From assembly GCA_965207075.1 (NCBI GenBank), contig CBDBLO010000002.1:1216001-1280000 (forward strand): a DNA stretch of 64,000 nucleotides. Direction: 5' to 3'. Both the position numbers and the translations under genes were made by a program. The notes under the pieces are model-generated. The model had not been told where the DNA came from. It saw only the letters and a program-made list of their open reading frames with translations, and searched no databases. This DNA is from Nitrosopumilus sp. (GTDB lineage: Archaea > Thermoproteota > Nitrososphaeria > Nitrososphaerales > Nitrosopumilaceae). Shown here one piece after another: positions 17,005 through 26,142 of this stretch. The number at the start of each line of letters is the position of its first letter. The first letter of the stretch is position 1.

Positions 17005-17441
17005 CAGGCCGCCACCCCCGCCAGTACCATGACGCGCTCGCGGATTTCGTCAGAGGTTTTGCCCTCCACGTGTATCCTGCGCGCCTCCTTGCAGATCTTT
17101 CGGTGCGTATTGCCGTCGCCCTCGCGGGTGTTGATGCAGCTGGCGTAGCGGTGCTTCCCGGCCAGGCGGCAGTCCGTGCACACGGCCCACTTCTGGCACC
17201 AGTCGTAGGGGCACCGCACGCACCTTACCTCGAACGGGACGCTCCTTTCATACCGCAGTATCTTCTCGCCCGGATCCACCGCATCCGTGTACAGGGTCCA
17301 CTCGTACCCGTTGCGAAGCACCACGGGGTGGTACCCGCGCTTGGGCACGTCGCTCCTGAGAACGCGCGTGCGGCCACTGCGGCGCGTCTTGCCGCAAAAG
17401 TCGCAGCACAGCAGGCCGTCGTCGCTGTAGCAAAAACCCAT
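17004..17441 (-). CDS. Zn protein, paralog of 16334-16588
   Basis: MGFCYSDDGLLCCDFCG...RCPYDWCQKWAVCTDC. Confidence 0.7.
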   Translation of the reverse strand: MGFCYSDDGLLCCDFCGKTRRSGRTRVLRSDVPKRGYHPVVLRNGYEWTLYTDAVDPGEKILRYERSVPFEVRCVRCPYDWCQKWAVCTDCRLAGKHRYASCINTREGDGNTHRKICKEARRIHVEGKTSDEIRERVMVLAGVAA

Positions 17442-17683
17442 TACGCCCCGGCCTCCGTCGAACCGACTTCGGGCGCCCCCGCGACGGTTGGCGCGCAGGC
17501 CATCCACCAGGACAGCTCGAACACGTGCCCGCCGCAGAACCTGCACGTGAGTCGGCGGTTTTCGTCCTCGCTGAGCGCGCCGGACTGCTCGTACTTGCCG
17601 CAGCCCTCGTTGGTGCATTTTGATACAAGCACGCGCATGAGGCGTGGCTGCTGCACGACTGTGGGCGCTTCGACGACTGACAT
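17441..17683 (-). CDS. Zn-ribbon microprotein
   Basis: CTNEGC...CRFCGG. Confidence 0.65.
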   Translation of the reverse strand: MSVVEAPTVVQQPRLMRVLVSKCTNEGCGKYEQSGALSEDENRRLTCRFCGGHVFELSWWMACAPTVAGAPEVGSTEAGA

Positions 17684-17931
17684 CAGCGTCTCGCCTCCCG
17701 CCGGCAGCTGTTGCATATGCCGGCGCCGCCAAACCTGACGACGCGCCTGAGCATCTCCATGCTCTCGACTGCGCACCCCGGGCAGCCCTTCGTGGACTGC
17801 CTGCCCTGCGGCCGGACGTCGGAGCGCCGCGCCCTTTTTGGCGCTGGAAAGAACGACGCTACGCTGTATCCGGCTTCTTTTACGGCCTGCTCGACTGTCA
17901 TGCCGGGCCCGGCCAGAATAGATTTTGACAT
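17683..17931 (-). CDS. First gene of the long operon; Zn-finger protein
   Basis: CPGC...CNSC; ATG ~22 nt below TATA box. Confidence 0.7.
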   Translation of the reverse strand: MSKSILAGPGMTVEQAVKEAGYSVASFFPAPKRARRSDVRPQGRQSTKGCPGCAVESMEMLRRVVRFGGAGICNSCRREARR

Positions 17932-17938
17932 GCTTTGT

Positions 17939-17974
17939 ATAATAACCTATTATTTATAAATGTTAGGTTATTAT
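17939..17974 (-). promoter_or_regulatory. Promoter with TATA box enclosed by perfect 11-bp inverted repeat (operator)
   Basis: ATAATAACCTA-TTATTTATAAATGT-TAGGTTATTAT. Confidence 0.8.
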
Positions 17975-18294
17975 TTTGGGTGTTTTGTGATACATGCGGG
18001 CGCGGCGGCTGGAAGTTCCAGCCCGGCGCGGAGCACGTCGAGTTTGGACACGACGTTTTTGGACAGGGCGCACGCGAGGCAGTAGAATTTGTGACCGCGG
18101 CGGACCGGGACGTACGGCAGGCCAGGGCGCGCCGGTATGTTGCAGACGGCGCAGTGGTCGCACCTTATGCGCGCCATGGCGGCGTAGCGGGTAAGGTGCC
18201 CCGAATGTATGTCGGCGGCTGCCTCCCTGGCGTACCTCCGGTAGCGCGAGGCGGTGATGGCAGACATTATGCGGGGGGCGCCGGACCGGGACAT
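17971..18294 (-). CDS. Divergent member of CAVRL Zn-finger family
   Basis: CAVC..PG..YV...FYCLACA. Confidence 0.6.
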   Translation of the reverse strand: MSRSGAPRIMSAITASRYRRYAREAAADIHSGHLTRYAAMARIRCDHCAVCNIPARPGLPYVPVRRGHKFYCLACALSKNVVSKLDVLRAGLELPAAAPACITKHPK

Positions 18295-18436
18295 CGTGGA
18301 CGGTCTCCTGATTAATCCGGCCAGTTCCTCGCCTTCAGGGTCTTGCCGCACCTGCAGCCGCTGGCGCATACGCATGAAAGAACGTAGAAGATGCCGGCGA
18401 CTGGACGCACAGGCAATATGAGCAGGTCTGCCGCAA

Positions 18437-18730
18437 TCATGACCCGATGCCCCCGTCCAAAGGCCCGCAGGCCACCACGCACTGCCCGGCCGGCGCCTGC
18501 GGCATAACGTACATCAGGACTACCACGATGTCAACCGTCCCCATGAACGCGTACAAGGCGCCTACGATTACAAGCCTGCGGCGCGTCGATGCGCTGGCGC
18601 CCGCCCCGCCGCCCGTGCTCCTGTACATGGACAGGGCCCTGTATGCGAGCGCGTACATCATGGCCGCCAGCACGAACAGCCCGAACGTGATGGCAAGCTG
18701 GGCGGCCTCGTCGGCAGTCGGCAGCATCAT
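18437..18730 (-). CDS. Two-TM membrane protein, paralog of 13957-14211
   Basis: AMMYALAY...GTVD...QCVVACGP. Confidence 0.7.
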   Translation of the reverse strand: MMLPTADEAAQLAITFGLFVLAAMMYALAYRALSMYRSTGGGAGASASTRRRLVIVGALYAFMGTVDIVVVLMYVMPQAPAGQCVVACGPLDGGIGS

Positions 18731-18776
18731 ATGACGGAGCCCCCCACTGCCGATCCCAAATGCGTGTGACGCAACA

Positions 18777-19013
18777 TCAGGGCGACGCCCCCACCATGAT
18801 CTGCTCCTCGATGTCCCGATGCTCCTGCCTCCAGTGCGTGAGCGCCGCGTTCAGGGCGGCCTCCTTGCACTGCCGGGCGGTGGAGCCGGTGTCCGGCAGG
18901 CTCATGACGTCGTCGTAGGCGCGGAGGACCAGGGTGCAGGAGCCGCACTCCTTGGCCTTGCGGAGCAGGCGCATGATGTAGACGGTGCCCTGCGCGGTGA
19001 GACGTGCCGGCAT
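18777..19013 (-). CDS. Zn-binding microprotein
   Basis: CGSC...HWRQEH. Confidence 0.6.
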   Translation of the reverse strand: MPARLTAQGTVYIMRLLRKAKECGSCTLVLRAYDDVMSLPDTGSTARQCKEAALNAALTHWRQEHRDIEEQIMVGASP

Positions 19014-19147
19014 CAGTCTTCACCCCCGCCGAGCGTGGACACGCCGCCGTCGTAGGTGCATATGATTTTGTCGCCGTCCGGCACGTGGCCGTGCTCGCGG
19101 CACTTGCCGCAGCGGCCGCATACCAGGTTGCAGTTCTGGCAGCCCAT
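19013..19147 (-). CDS. 44-aa Cys-rich microprotein
   Basis: MGCQNCNLVCGRCGKCREHGH; TTAAA box ~23 nt upstream. Confidence 0.6.
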   Translation of the reverse strand: MGCQNCNLVCGRCGKCREHGHVPDGDKIICTYDGGVSTLGGGED

Positions 19148-19204
19148 GGGTGGTGTGCGGCGGGCTGCGTTTAAGGGGGATGCGCCGGTTCCGGGCGGGC
19201 CTGT

Positions 19205-19843
19205 TTAGGGGGCGTGCGGCGGCGTGCCGGCGGGCGGGGGATCCCCGTCCTGGGCGGTACTGGGCTGGCCGTGCTTGCGCGAGGCCGACGCTATTATTTC
19301 GCGCAGAGCCACGCCGTTCATGAGCTTGACGCCAGTGGAGGCGGCCAGGTCACGGGCGGCCTTTGTAAAGTCGTTGTTCGTGATGACCCACCCCTCGTCG
19401 GCGTTGTAGTGCTGGACGCCGGCGAACACCTGCTGGACCGCCTCGATGCCGACTGAAGATGAATAATGCTTGGCCTGGATGGCGATGCGCCTCCCCTTCT
19501 TACGCACGAGCACGTCCACCCCGTAGTCTCCGCTGGCCTGGGTGGCCTCCGACTCGTAGCCGAGGCGGGCGAACAGCGCCTCAAGGAATTTTTCAAAGGA
19601 TATGCCGTCCATGCTGTCTAGGTTCTGCACGCCCATCTCGACGAGCACCCGGGCCGCGCGGTTGCGCCGGCGCCGGCGCAGTATGAAGAAGGCGGCGAGT
19701 GACGGAACCAGTATGATTATGACGAGGAGAGCGAGTCCTGAGCTGACCTGCGTGTACGTAAACCAGAGGAGGAACAGCGCGAGCAGGACGGCGACGGCCT
19801 TGGACTTGCGCCTCTTCTTCCTCTTCTGCTCCCCTGACGCCAC
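19205..19843 (-). CDS. Membrane-anchored Mrr-type (Mrr_cat) restriction endonuclease
   Basis: Two N-terminal TMs; FE..L, GDYGVD, IQAKHY, AVQQV, ITN..FT..A. Confidence 0.88.
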   Translation of the reverse strand: MASGEQKRKKRRKSKAVAVLLALFLLWFTYTQVSSGLALLVIIILVPSLAAFFILRRRRRNRAARVLVEMGVQNLDSMDGISFEKFLEALFARLGYESEATQASGDYGVDVLVRKKGRRIAIQAKHYSSSVGIEAVQQVFAGVQHYNADEGWVITNNDFTKAARDLAASTGVKLMNGVALREIIASASRKHGQPSTAQDGDPPPAGTPPHAP

Positions 19844-19928
19844 GGGCCGTATGGGCTCGGCGGCTTTTAAGCCCGCGGCGGGGTCCTGAGCTGTCGTCGT
19901 TTTTATTGGACGGCGCCGTTATACGGCC

Positions 19929-20861
19929 ATGAACTAACGTGCACGAGTTTCAGTGGACGCCCTGAGGGAGAAGATGCCCAAGCACCGCGATACGGTGTGC
20001 CTCTACGTGTTCGGCTCGCAGGCGCGCGGCGACGAGCGGCCGGACAGCGACCTTGACGTACTGCACATAGTCAACAGGTGGTGCAGCAAGTACAGCGACA
20101 CCCACTACAGCGTGGTGCGGGACATCGTACGCGATACCCCGGGCGGCGTGCAGGACGTCACGGTGCTCGTGGAGACAACGCTGACCATACAGAAGCAGGG
20201 CAACCTGTACGGCGCCGCCGAGTACGGCGCGCTGCGCGAGGGGCGCGTGATATACGGGGAGGAGAACGCGCACATGGTGCACACGTATGACATGCCCGCC
20301 GCGGAGGCCGCCCGCAGGTGGCTGTCGCGGGCGTACATGTGCATCCTGCACGGGCGCCAGATGGAGGTGGCGGCCGGACGGTTCTCCGGTCTCGACGACA
20401 TGTGGGCCAGGTCCGTGGAGTTCTCGCTTAATTCCATACTGTGCGCGGGGGGCGTGAGGTTTCCGTTCGTGCGCGGCGACCTCCGCAGGTTGCACGGGAT
20501 GCTGCCTGACGGGGAGGCGGTAGTGGACATCGGCGACGGCGTGGCGCCCGGAAGGCGCGACGCCGAGCGCGTGTACGGGCAGGTCCGGGAGCTCCTGGGG
20601 GACGGCGTTCAGGAGACGTTTGCCATGGACGACGGCCTGTGGGACACGTCAAGCATACTGACGGGAATTGCAGACTTGGAGCTGCTGCGGTCAGTTCCGG
20701 CCGACCGGCTGCGGTCGGTACTGGACGAGAGGATCAGGATACTGCGCGGGAGGCTCGAACTGCTGACCGGGATTGCAGACGGCGTAGTGGTAAGGCCTGC
20801 GGGCCGGGCGGCCGGCGGTGAGTGTCCACCTGGACCGCGTGGGACTGCCCGACTCCTTTAA
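19929..20861 (+). CDS. MNT (minimal nucleotidyltransferase)-HEPN-like fusion; in-frame TAA at codon 3, possible restart at GTG 19953 or pseudogene
   Basis: FGSQARGD..DSDLD; MN*RARVSVDALREK aligns with paralog MNQQAKVSVDAIREK. Confidence 0.75.
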
Positions 20862-20886
20862 AACACCACGCGTGTATACCAACAAG

Positions 20887-21051
20887 ATGACAAGCTTTTA
20901 CAGCGCCGACGGCTACAACGACGCCGAAAGCATACGCGCGAGGATAGCATACCTGGAGGGCATGGACGATAAATATGCAGGCGACAACCCGGGTGCGCGT
21001 CAGGCATGCATAGACGAACTGCGGGCCAAACTGGCCGACCTGGAGGAATGA
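20887..21051 (+). CDS. 54-aa helical hairpin protein
   Basis: TTTAAAA ~24 nt upstream; IRARIAYLE...IDELRAKLADLEE. Confidence 0.65.
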   Translation: MTSFYSADGYNDAESIRARIAYLEGMDDKYAGDNPGARQACIDELRAKLADLEE

Positions 21052-21102
21052 ACCGCATGCACGAACTTTCATACTTTTAAGGAAGGACGCAGTTTAACCT
21101 GC

Positions 21103-22035
21103 ATGAATCAGCAGGCCAAGGTATCGGTTGATGCCATACGGGAAAAGGTGTCAAAGAACTTGGACACGCAGCGGGTCTTTGTATTCGGCTCGCAGGCACG
21201 CGGTGACCAGCGGCCTGACAGCGACCTCGACATACTGCACATAGTACGCAAGGGATGCGACAAGAACAACTACATGCACCACCGCGCGATAAAGGACGCG
21301 GTGGACGGGGCGGCCGGCGGCGTCAAGGACGTCACGATACTGGTGGAGACGCCGATAACGATACAAAAATACGGCAACCTGTATGGGTCGACCGAGTACA
21401 ATGCGCTGCGCGAGGGTGTCGCAGTGTATGAGTCCAAGAATGCGCAACATATTCACACGTATGAGATGTCCAACGCGGAAAACGCGCGTAGGTGGCTGTC
21501 GCGGGCGTACATGCACATACTATATGGGCGGCAGTTGGCGAAGTACAAGAGGCCCAGCGCGAGGTCGGACCGCGATACGATGTGGAACCTGTCAGTCGGG
21601 GACTCGTTAAGGTCGGTGCTGTGCTCCAGGGGTGTCAAGTTTCCGTTCACGCGCGGCGACCTGCGCAGGCTGCACGGGTGGCTGCCGGACGGCGCGGGGG
21701 ATGTGCTGGGTTTTGACACGGGCATGCTGGAGCACCCGGGGGAGCGCGACGCGGAGCGCGCGTACAGCGCGGCCCTGACGTGGCTGGGGGACGGCGTCCC
21801 AGAGTCATTTGCGGTCGACGACGGCCCGTGGGACGTACTCGAGCTTCCGACGAGGATCGCCGAACTGGAGGTGCTGCGCGCGGTCCCGGCCGACCACATA
21901 CACTCGGTGTTGGACGAACATTACAAGATACTGCGCAGGCGGTACGAGATGCTGACGAAGATTGCGGACGGCGTGGCGGTGGAAGCCGGTGGCGCCGGTG
22001 GCGGTAGAGGCGGGAAGTCCGCCGGCGGCAGCTGA
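21103..22035 (+). CDS. MNT-HEPN-like fusion protein
   Basis: FGSQARGDQRPDSDLDIL; WLSRA...GVKFPFTRGDLRRL. Confidence 0.8.
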   Translation: MNQQAKVSVDAIREKVSKNLDTQRVFVFGSQARGDQRPDSDLDILHIVRKGCDKNNYMHHRAIKDAVDGAAGGVKDVTILVETPITIQKYGNLYGSTEYNALREGVAVYESKNAQHIHTYEMSNAENARRWLSRAYMHILYGRQLAKYKRPSARSDRDTMWNLSVGDSLRSVLCSRGVKFPFTRGDLRRLHGWLPDGAGDVLGFDTGMLEHPGERDAERAYSAALTWLGDGVPESFAVDDGPWDVLELPTRIAELEVLRAVPADHIHSVLDEHYKILRRRYEMLTKIADGVAVEAGGAGGGRGGKSAGGS

Positions 22036-22088
22036 AGGACAGTGTAGCCCTGCACATGTTAGGTGTTATGCGCCGGCGCATGCACCGG

Positions 22089-22793
22089 TCATTGATGCCT
22101 CACTGCCACCAGTTCCCACTGCCTCCACGCGCCGGTCTCCGGCGGCCTCCGTTCCTCCGACACTTCGTCCGGGTCGCCCAGCACGCCGAACCCCGCCAGG
22201 TGCAGCCTGTACTCGAGCTCCCGGTCCGTGAAGAAGTGGATGGGGAGCCCGGCCTTGGGGCCGTCGTCGTACAGTATGGTGAGGCCGCCGAGTGAATTTT
22301 TCTCGATTACCTGGTGCCGGCGGTATATGTCTGTGCGCGCGGAGTTCACCCGCAGGAACAGCAGGCCGCCGGGGCGCAGCACGGCGGCCGCGTGTTCGAG
22401 GTATCTGCGGACCGTCTGCCCGTCGCCGTGCTGGAACGCCTGTATGGATATTACGTAATCGTGCTGGACGTCCGGGCTGACGGCGAGAAAGTCTTCACAC
22501 GACACGCGTCCGGCGCATTCGGGGGACCTTGCAAGCAGCCGCTGCAGCCCGGCTTCGGACACGTCGATGCCGCGGAGCCCCGGAAGCGCGGCCGCCAGCG
22601 GTATGTAGTTGCGGCCGTTGCCGCACCCGGCGTAGAGGCCACGCCCGTCAGCCAGTCCGCGCCCGCGGAGTGTGTCGATGATCGTGCTAACGAACGGCAC
22701 GGGCGGCTCGCCCTCGTACCGGCCCGATCTGTACTCCGCGTCCCAGCGCCGCGCCATGCGGGCGCCGTCACTATCGTTGTCCCGGCAATCCAT
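22089..22793 (-). CDS. Class I SAM-dependent methyltransferase
   Basis: WDAEY, GCGNGRN, GIDVS, LRPGGLLFL. Confidence 0.85.
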   Translation of the reverse strand: MDCRDNDSDGARMARRWDAEYRSGRYEGEPPVPFVSTIIDTLRGRGLADGRGLYAGCGNGRNYIPLAAALPGLRGIDVSEAGLQRLLARSPECAGRVSCEDFLAVSPDVQHDYVISIQAFQHGDGQTVRRYLEHAAAVLRPGGLLFLRVNSARTDIYRRHQVIEKNSLGGLTILYDDGPKAGLPIHFFTDRELEYRLHLAGFGVLGDPDEVSEERRPPETGAWRQWELVAVRHQ

Positions 22794-22930
22794 GCCACGG
22801 CCATGCACATGACTGCATAAAACAGTCATCATAATACTTGGGGCCGCCGCCTGCACCGCGCGCCTGGCGGCAGAATCGAAAAGCACACTCCAGATCACAT
22901 TTTAAGGGAGGTGGACGGAGGGGTTGCTGT

Positions 22931-23449
22931 TTGGCAGGAAGCGACGGGCTTGACGGCATCAATGTCTTTTCTGACGACGACAAGCTGAAGATCCTGGGCG
23001 AGCTGCTCGGCAACAAGTCAAGCAGGGACATCATAAGGCTGCTCATCTGCAGGGAGTGCTACACGAACGACATTGCAACCACGCTGAACATGCGGTCGAA
23101 CCTGGTGGTCCACCACCTCAAGAAGATGGAATCGATTGGCTTGGTGGAGGTAAGGGAAGGGAGGCTGACCCGGAAGGGGCAGACGCACCGGTTCTTCAGG
23201 ATCAGGCCGGGGATCCTGGTGCTGCCGGAATCCGCGGAAAGCGGCAGCCTCCTGAAGAGGCTGGCCGGAGGGGTGGTAAAGTTTGCGGCGGTGGGTGCCG
23301 CGGCCGCGCTGTCCTACTTTTTAGTCGACGCGCTGCGGGCGACGGAAGGCATAGTACCGCAGACAAAACCCCTGGATCCGCTGGTCTACTCGCTCGTCGT
23401 GGTTGTCGCGGGTCTGGCCGTAATGTATTATAAAAAAAGGACTAGGTGA
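22931..23449 (+). CDS. ArsR-like winged-helix regulator with two C-terminal TM helices
   Basis: LGNKSSRDIIRLL..IA..LN..SNLVVHHLKKMESIGLV; hydrophobic C-terminus. Confidence 0.82.
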   Translation: MAGSDGLDGINVFSDDDKLKILGELLGNKSSRDIIRLLICRECYTNDIATTLNMRSNLVVHHLKKMESIGLVEVREGRLTRKGQTHRFFRIRPGILVLPESAESGSLLKRLAGGVVKFAAVGAAAALSYFLVDALRATEGIVPQTKPLDPLVYSLVVVVAGLAVMYYKKRTR

Positions 23450-24569
23450 AATCCCAGGACAAGCCCGGGATCTCATCTAGTATGTTTGCCTGTTTTGAGT
23501 ACGTGGATAATATGCCGTTGTACCCGACGTGTGTTCCCTTGAAGTTCTTTGACGGGACGTAGCTGTACACCGGTGCGCCGCTGTCTCCATCCTGTCCGAC
23601 ATAATTGGTGGCCGCCATGTCGTTTATCCAGACGCCGTCGACGTAGTTGCTGTATGACGCGATGACCACGACACCTGACACTCCACGCGTGACATGTCCT
23701 TCCATATGTACGCCGTCAAAGAGCGCCGTGTATCCTGCCACGTTGACGTCGAGGTTGTTGTATATGCGGTCGCTGATGTTTTCATCCGCATTCACGAACA
23801 GCGCGTCGGCGGTGCTTCCGGCACTGTAGCTGTTGGCGGTTACCGTGCCGATGTGGTCCCAGTAGAAGTAGTTTGGCTGGCCGACGGTTTCACCGGTGTT
23901 GCCGCCGGTGCAGTGTCCCGCAGTGACAAAGCCTGTCTCTCCGTTGCGCTCCGCCTTGAAGCCAACGCTGCAAGCCCCGTGCAGGGTTGAGATTTTGACC
24001 CCACCTTGCGCTGGTTCGCAGTCTCCAGTCTGGGAGCATTGCGGCGTTGTCGCCGCCATGGGTTGCACTATTATGGACACGTCGTTGCCCACGAGTTCCC
24101 TGACCTTGCTCAGAACACCCGCTGAGTGCTCGGCAAGCTTGTCGGGAAAGACGTTGACAACGAGATTGTTGGAGGTGTCCACGTACAGGCCGGATACCGG
24201 AAACTCGGCCGTAAAGTCGTCAAACGACTTGGAGGCCAGATTGGACGTGATGTACCCGGATACCAGGTCCCTCTTGTCCAGCGCTGCTTGTCTTGCCGTG
24301 TTGTCTACCCCCTGCTCGTAGGAGGACTTGATCTGCTGCGCCTCCTCGACCAATGCGGTCCTCTCTGCGTCCGTTATGTTCTCGTTGTGTAGTTGCTGGG
24401 CGATCTCTGTCATCCGCTGTACGTCCGGCGTGTCGAATGTCGGCGGCTCGGTTCGTATCGAGTCCTGCCCGGGGTTCTGTGCCGTCACGTCCTGCGACAG
24501 CGCGACCGTGAATCCGACCAGCCCGACGGCCAGCATCGCTACAAGGATCGTCGTTGTAGTTTTCTTCAT
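23442..24569 (-). CDS. Secreted S1 (alpha-lytic-like) serine protease with propeptide
   Basis: Signal peptide; CSVGF, GFVTAGHC, D, GDSGAP triad. Confidence 0.88.
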   Translation of the reverse strand: MKKTTTTILVAMLAVGLVGFTVALSQDVTAQNPGQDSIRTEPPTFDTPDVQRMTEIAQQLHNENITDAERTALVEEAQQIKSSYEQGVDNTARQAALDKRDLVSGYITSNLASKSFDDFTAEFPVSGLYVDTSNNLVVNVFPDKLAEHSAGVLSKVRELVGNDVSIIVQPMAATTPQCSQTGDCEPAQGGVKISTLHGACSVGFKAERNGETGFVTAGHCTGGNTGETVGQPNYFYWDHIGTVTANSYSAGSTADALFVNADENISDRIYNNLDVNVAGYTALFDGVHMEGHVTRGVSGVVVIASYSNYVDGVWINDMAATNYVGQDGDSGAPVYSYVPSKNFKGTHVGYNGILSTYSKQANILDEIPGLSWDFT

Positions 24570-24605
24570 TGAACTGCGTTAATGTGAAGTCGTAATAAGA
24601 AAATG

Positions 24606-24657
24606 CTCAATTTGGATTGAATGAGTTTGCCATGTTCGACTCAATCCGGATTGAATG
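24606..24657. promoter_or_regulatory. Tandem palindromic operators TCAAT-N4-ATTGA upstream of protease
   Basis: CTCAATTTGGATTGAATG (24606) and CTCAATCCGGATTGAATG (24640). Confidence 0.7.
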
Positions 24658-24771
24658 CTCCCGCTTGTCATCTTATACTGATGCCATGATGGTGGCAAAG
24701 CCGCCAACACTCCGAAGTGGCTGCCGCGGGTGGAATACACTATGCCGCCTTGACCACCCTGACTTTTCGAC

Positions 24772-25710
24772 TTAATCACCGGGACGGGGCCCGGGCAGGT
24801 GAGCCTGTTCAACCGCGGTGAAGTGCTTCGGGTGCGTCGGCACGTGCCTGATGGCGTCCAGTACGGGACGACGCGGTGTGGGCTTCCTGCGCCGCGCGGA
24901 GCGCACAAGTTTTGACGCTAGAGAGTACATGCGGCGGGCCGAGCGTGTGGCGCGGTCGACGTCCTGCGGCTCGTACGTCCGGGACCCGAGCTTGATGCGG
25001 CGGGACCCCCAGTGGTGCAGGGCGCCGAGGTCGAGGTCCGGCGAGGGGCGGCAGTCCGGGGGGAGCAGGCCGTACAGTACGCGCTGGTCGCGCGCGTACG
25101 GGAACATGATGCGGCGGGCCAAAAGACACGCCTTCATGGAGTGGCCGATCGAATCATACAGGGTGTTGCACGCGGGCTCCAGGTTGAGCCCGAGGTTGTC
25201 CGTACTTCTCGCCCACGACCTGCCGGCGGACAGGCGACGCGCGGAGATGCGCAGGTACCAGTCGGCGCACCACGCGGTGTCGCATGTGTCGGGGCCGTTG
25301 TGGCCGTTTGCGGGGCAGCCGCCTACTCCTGCCGGCAGCAGTGGGTCCAGCGCGCGGCACGCCACGGGGGAGCGGTAGAGTATGCGGCTTTCGCCTTTGT
25401 GGTAGTCGCGGAGGGCGTGGTACTCGGGCGTGCCGTAGAGGTTGGCATTGCGCCCTATGGTGCGGGGGGTGTGCTCGAAGACCGTGGCCTGTTTTACACC
25501 GCCGCGCGTGCCGGCCAAAACGTTGCACAACGACTCGTAGAACTTCTTGGAGCCCGTGCGCGTTATGCACAGGATGTCCAAGTCGCTGTCGGGGGACTGG
25601 GTGTTGCGGACCTGCGAGCCGAATATGATGAACAGCAGCAGTCCGGCGGGCGGGTCGGAGAGCAGGCCGTTCCTGATGGACCTGACGGATGCGGCGGCCC
25701 GGCGGTTCAC
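24772..25710 (-). CDS. MNT-HEPN-like fusion protein (third copy)
   Basis: IFGSQVR..DSDLDIL; NLYGTPEYHALR; MKACL..IMFPYARD. Confidence 0.75.
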   Translation of the reverse strand: MNRRAAASVRSIRNGLLSDPPAGLLLFIIFGSQVRNTQSPDSDLDILCITRTGSKKFYESLCNVLAGTRGGVKQATVFEHTPRTIGRNANLYGTPEYHALRDYHKGESRILYRSPVACRALDPLLPAGVGGCPANGHNGPDTCDTAWCADWYLRISARRLSAGRSWARSTDNLGLNLEPACNTLYDSIGHSMKACLLARRIMFPYARDQRVLYGLLPPDCRPSPDLDLGALHHWGSRRIKLGSRTYEPQDVDRATRSARRMYSLASKLVRSARRRKPTPRRPVLDAIRHVPTHPKHFTAVEQAHLPGPRPGD

Positions 25711-26142
25711 GTGTGGTATGCGGGGCGTTTCATATTAACGCCCGCGGCGGGGGCCTGACGGCGGTGTCGTCGTTCCTGCGGCGCATTTCACGGCCATGCG
25801 CCAGTTCCGCATAAAACGGTCCGCACCGGTACCGATGTGTCTGGACTTAAATACGGAGCATTGTGATATGCACTGATGTCCCGCAAATGTCCCAGATGTG
25901 GCTTCGAGTATCCACCGGAACTGCCCGAGAGCGCAGTAAGGATACTCATGGAACATCATGATAGACAGGCGGCCCACAGAAAAGGGACTGCCTGAATCTT
26001 ACTGTCATAACGCCACAACCGTATCACAAATTCACAAGTGCTGTGCCGGAGCGCGTGATCTGCCGGCGGGTACCGCGCCGCGACGCCCTGCCAAGCTTCG
26101 CGGGGTACGCAGTTGTTAAATGCGCGTGCGACAAGCGCGTGT

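Noticed and set aside
477-19055. Many long plus-strand and alternative-frame ORFs in the ORF track
   Set aside because: Arg/Pro/Ala-rich shadow frames typical of high-GC DNA, opposite a chain of motif-bearing coupled minus-strand genes.
1325-19147. Stop-codon readthrough/selenocysteine making one polyprotein
   Set aside because: Successive genes change frame at each TGA/TAA overlap, consistent with reinitiation rather than readthrough.
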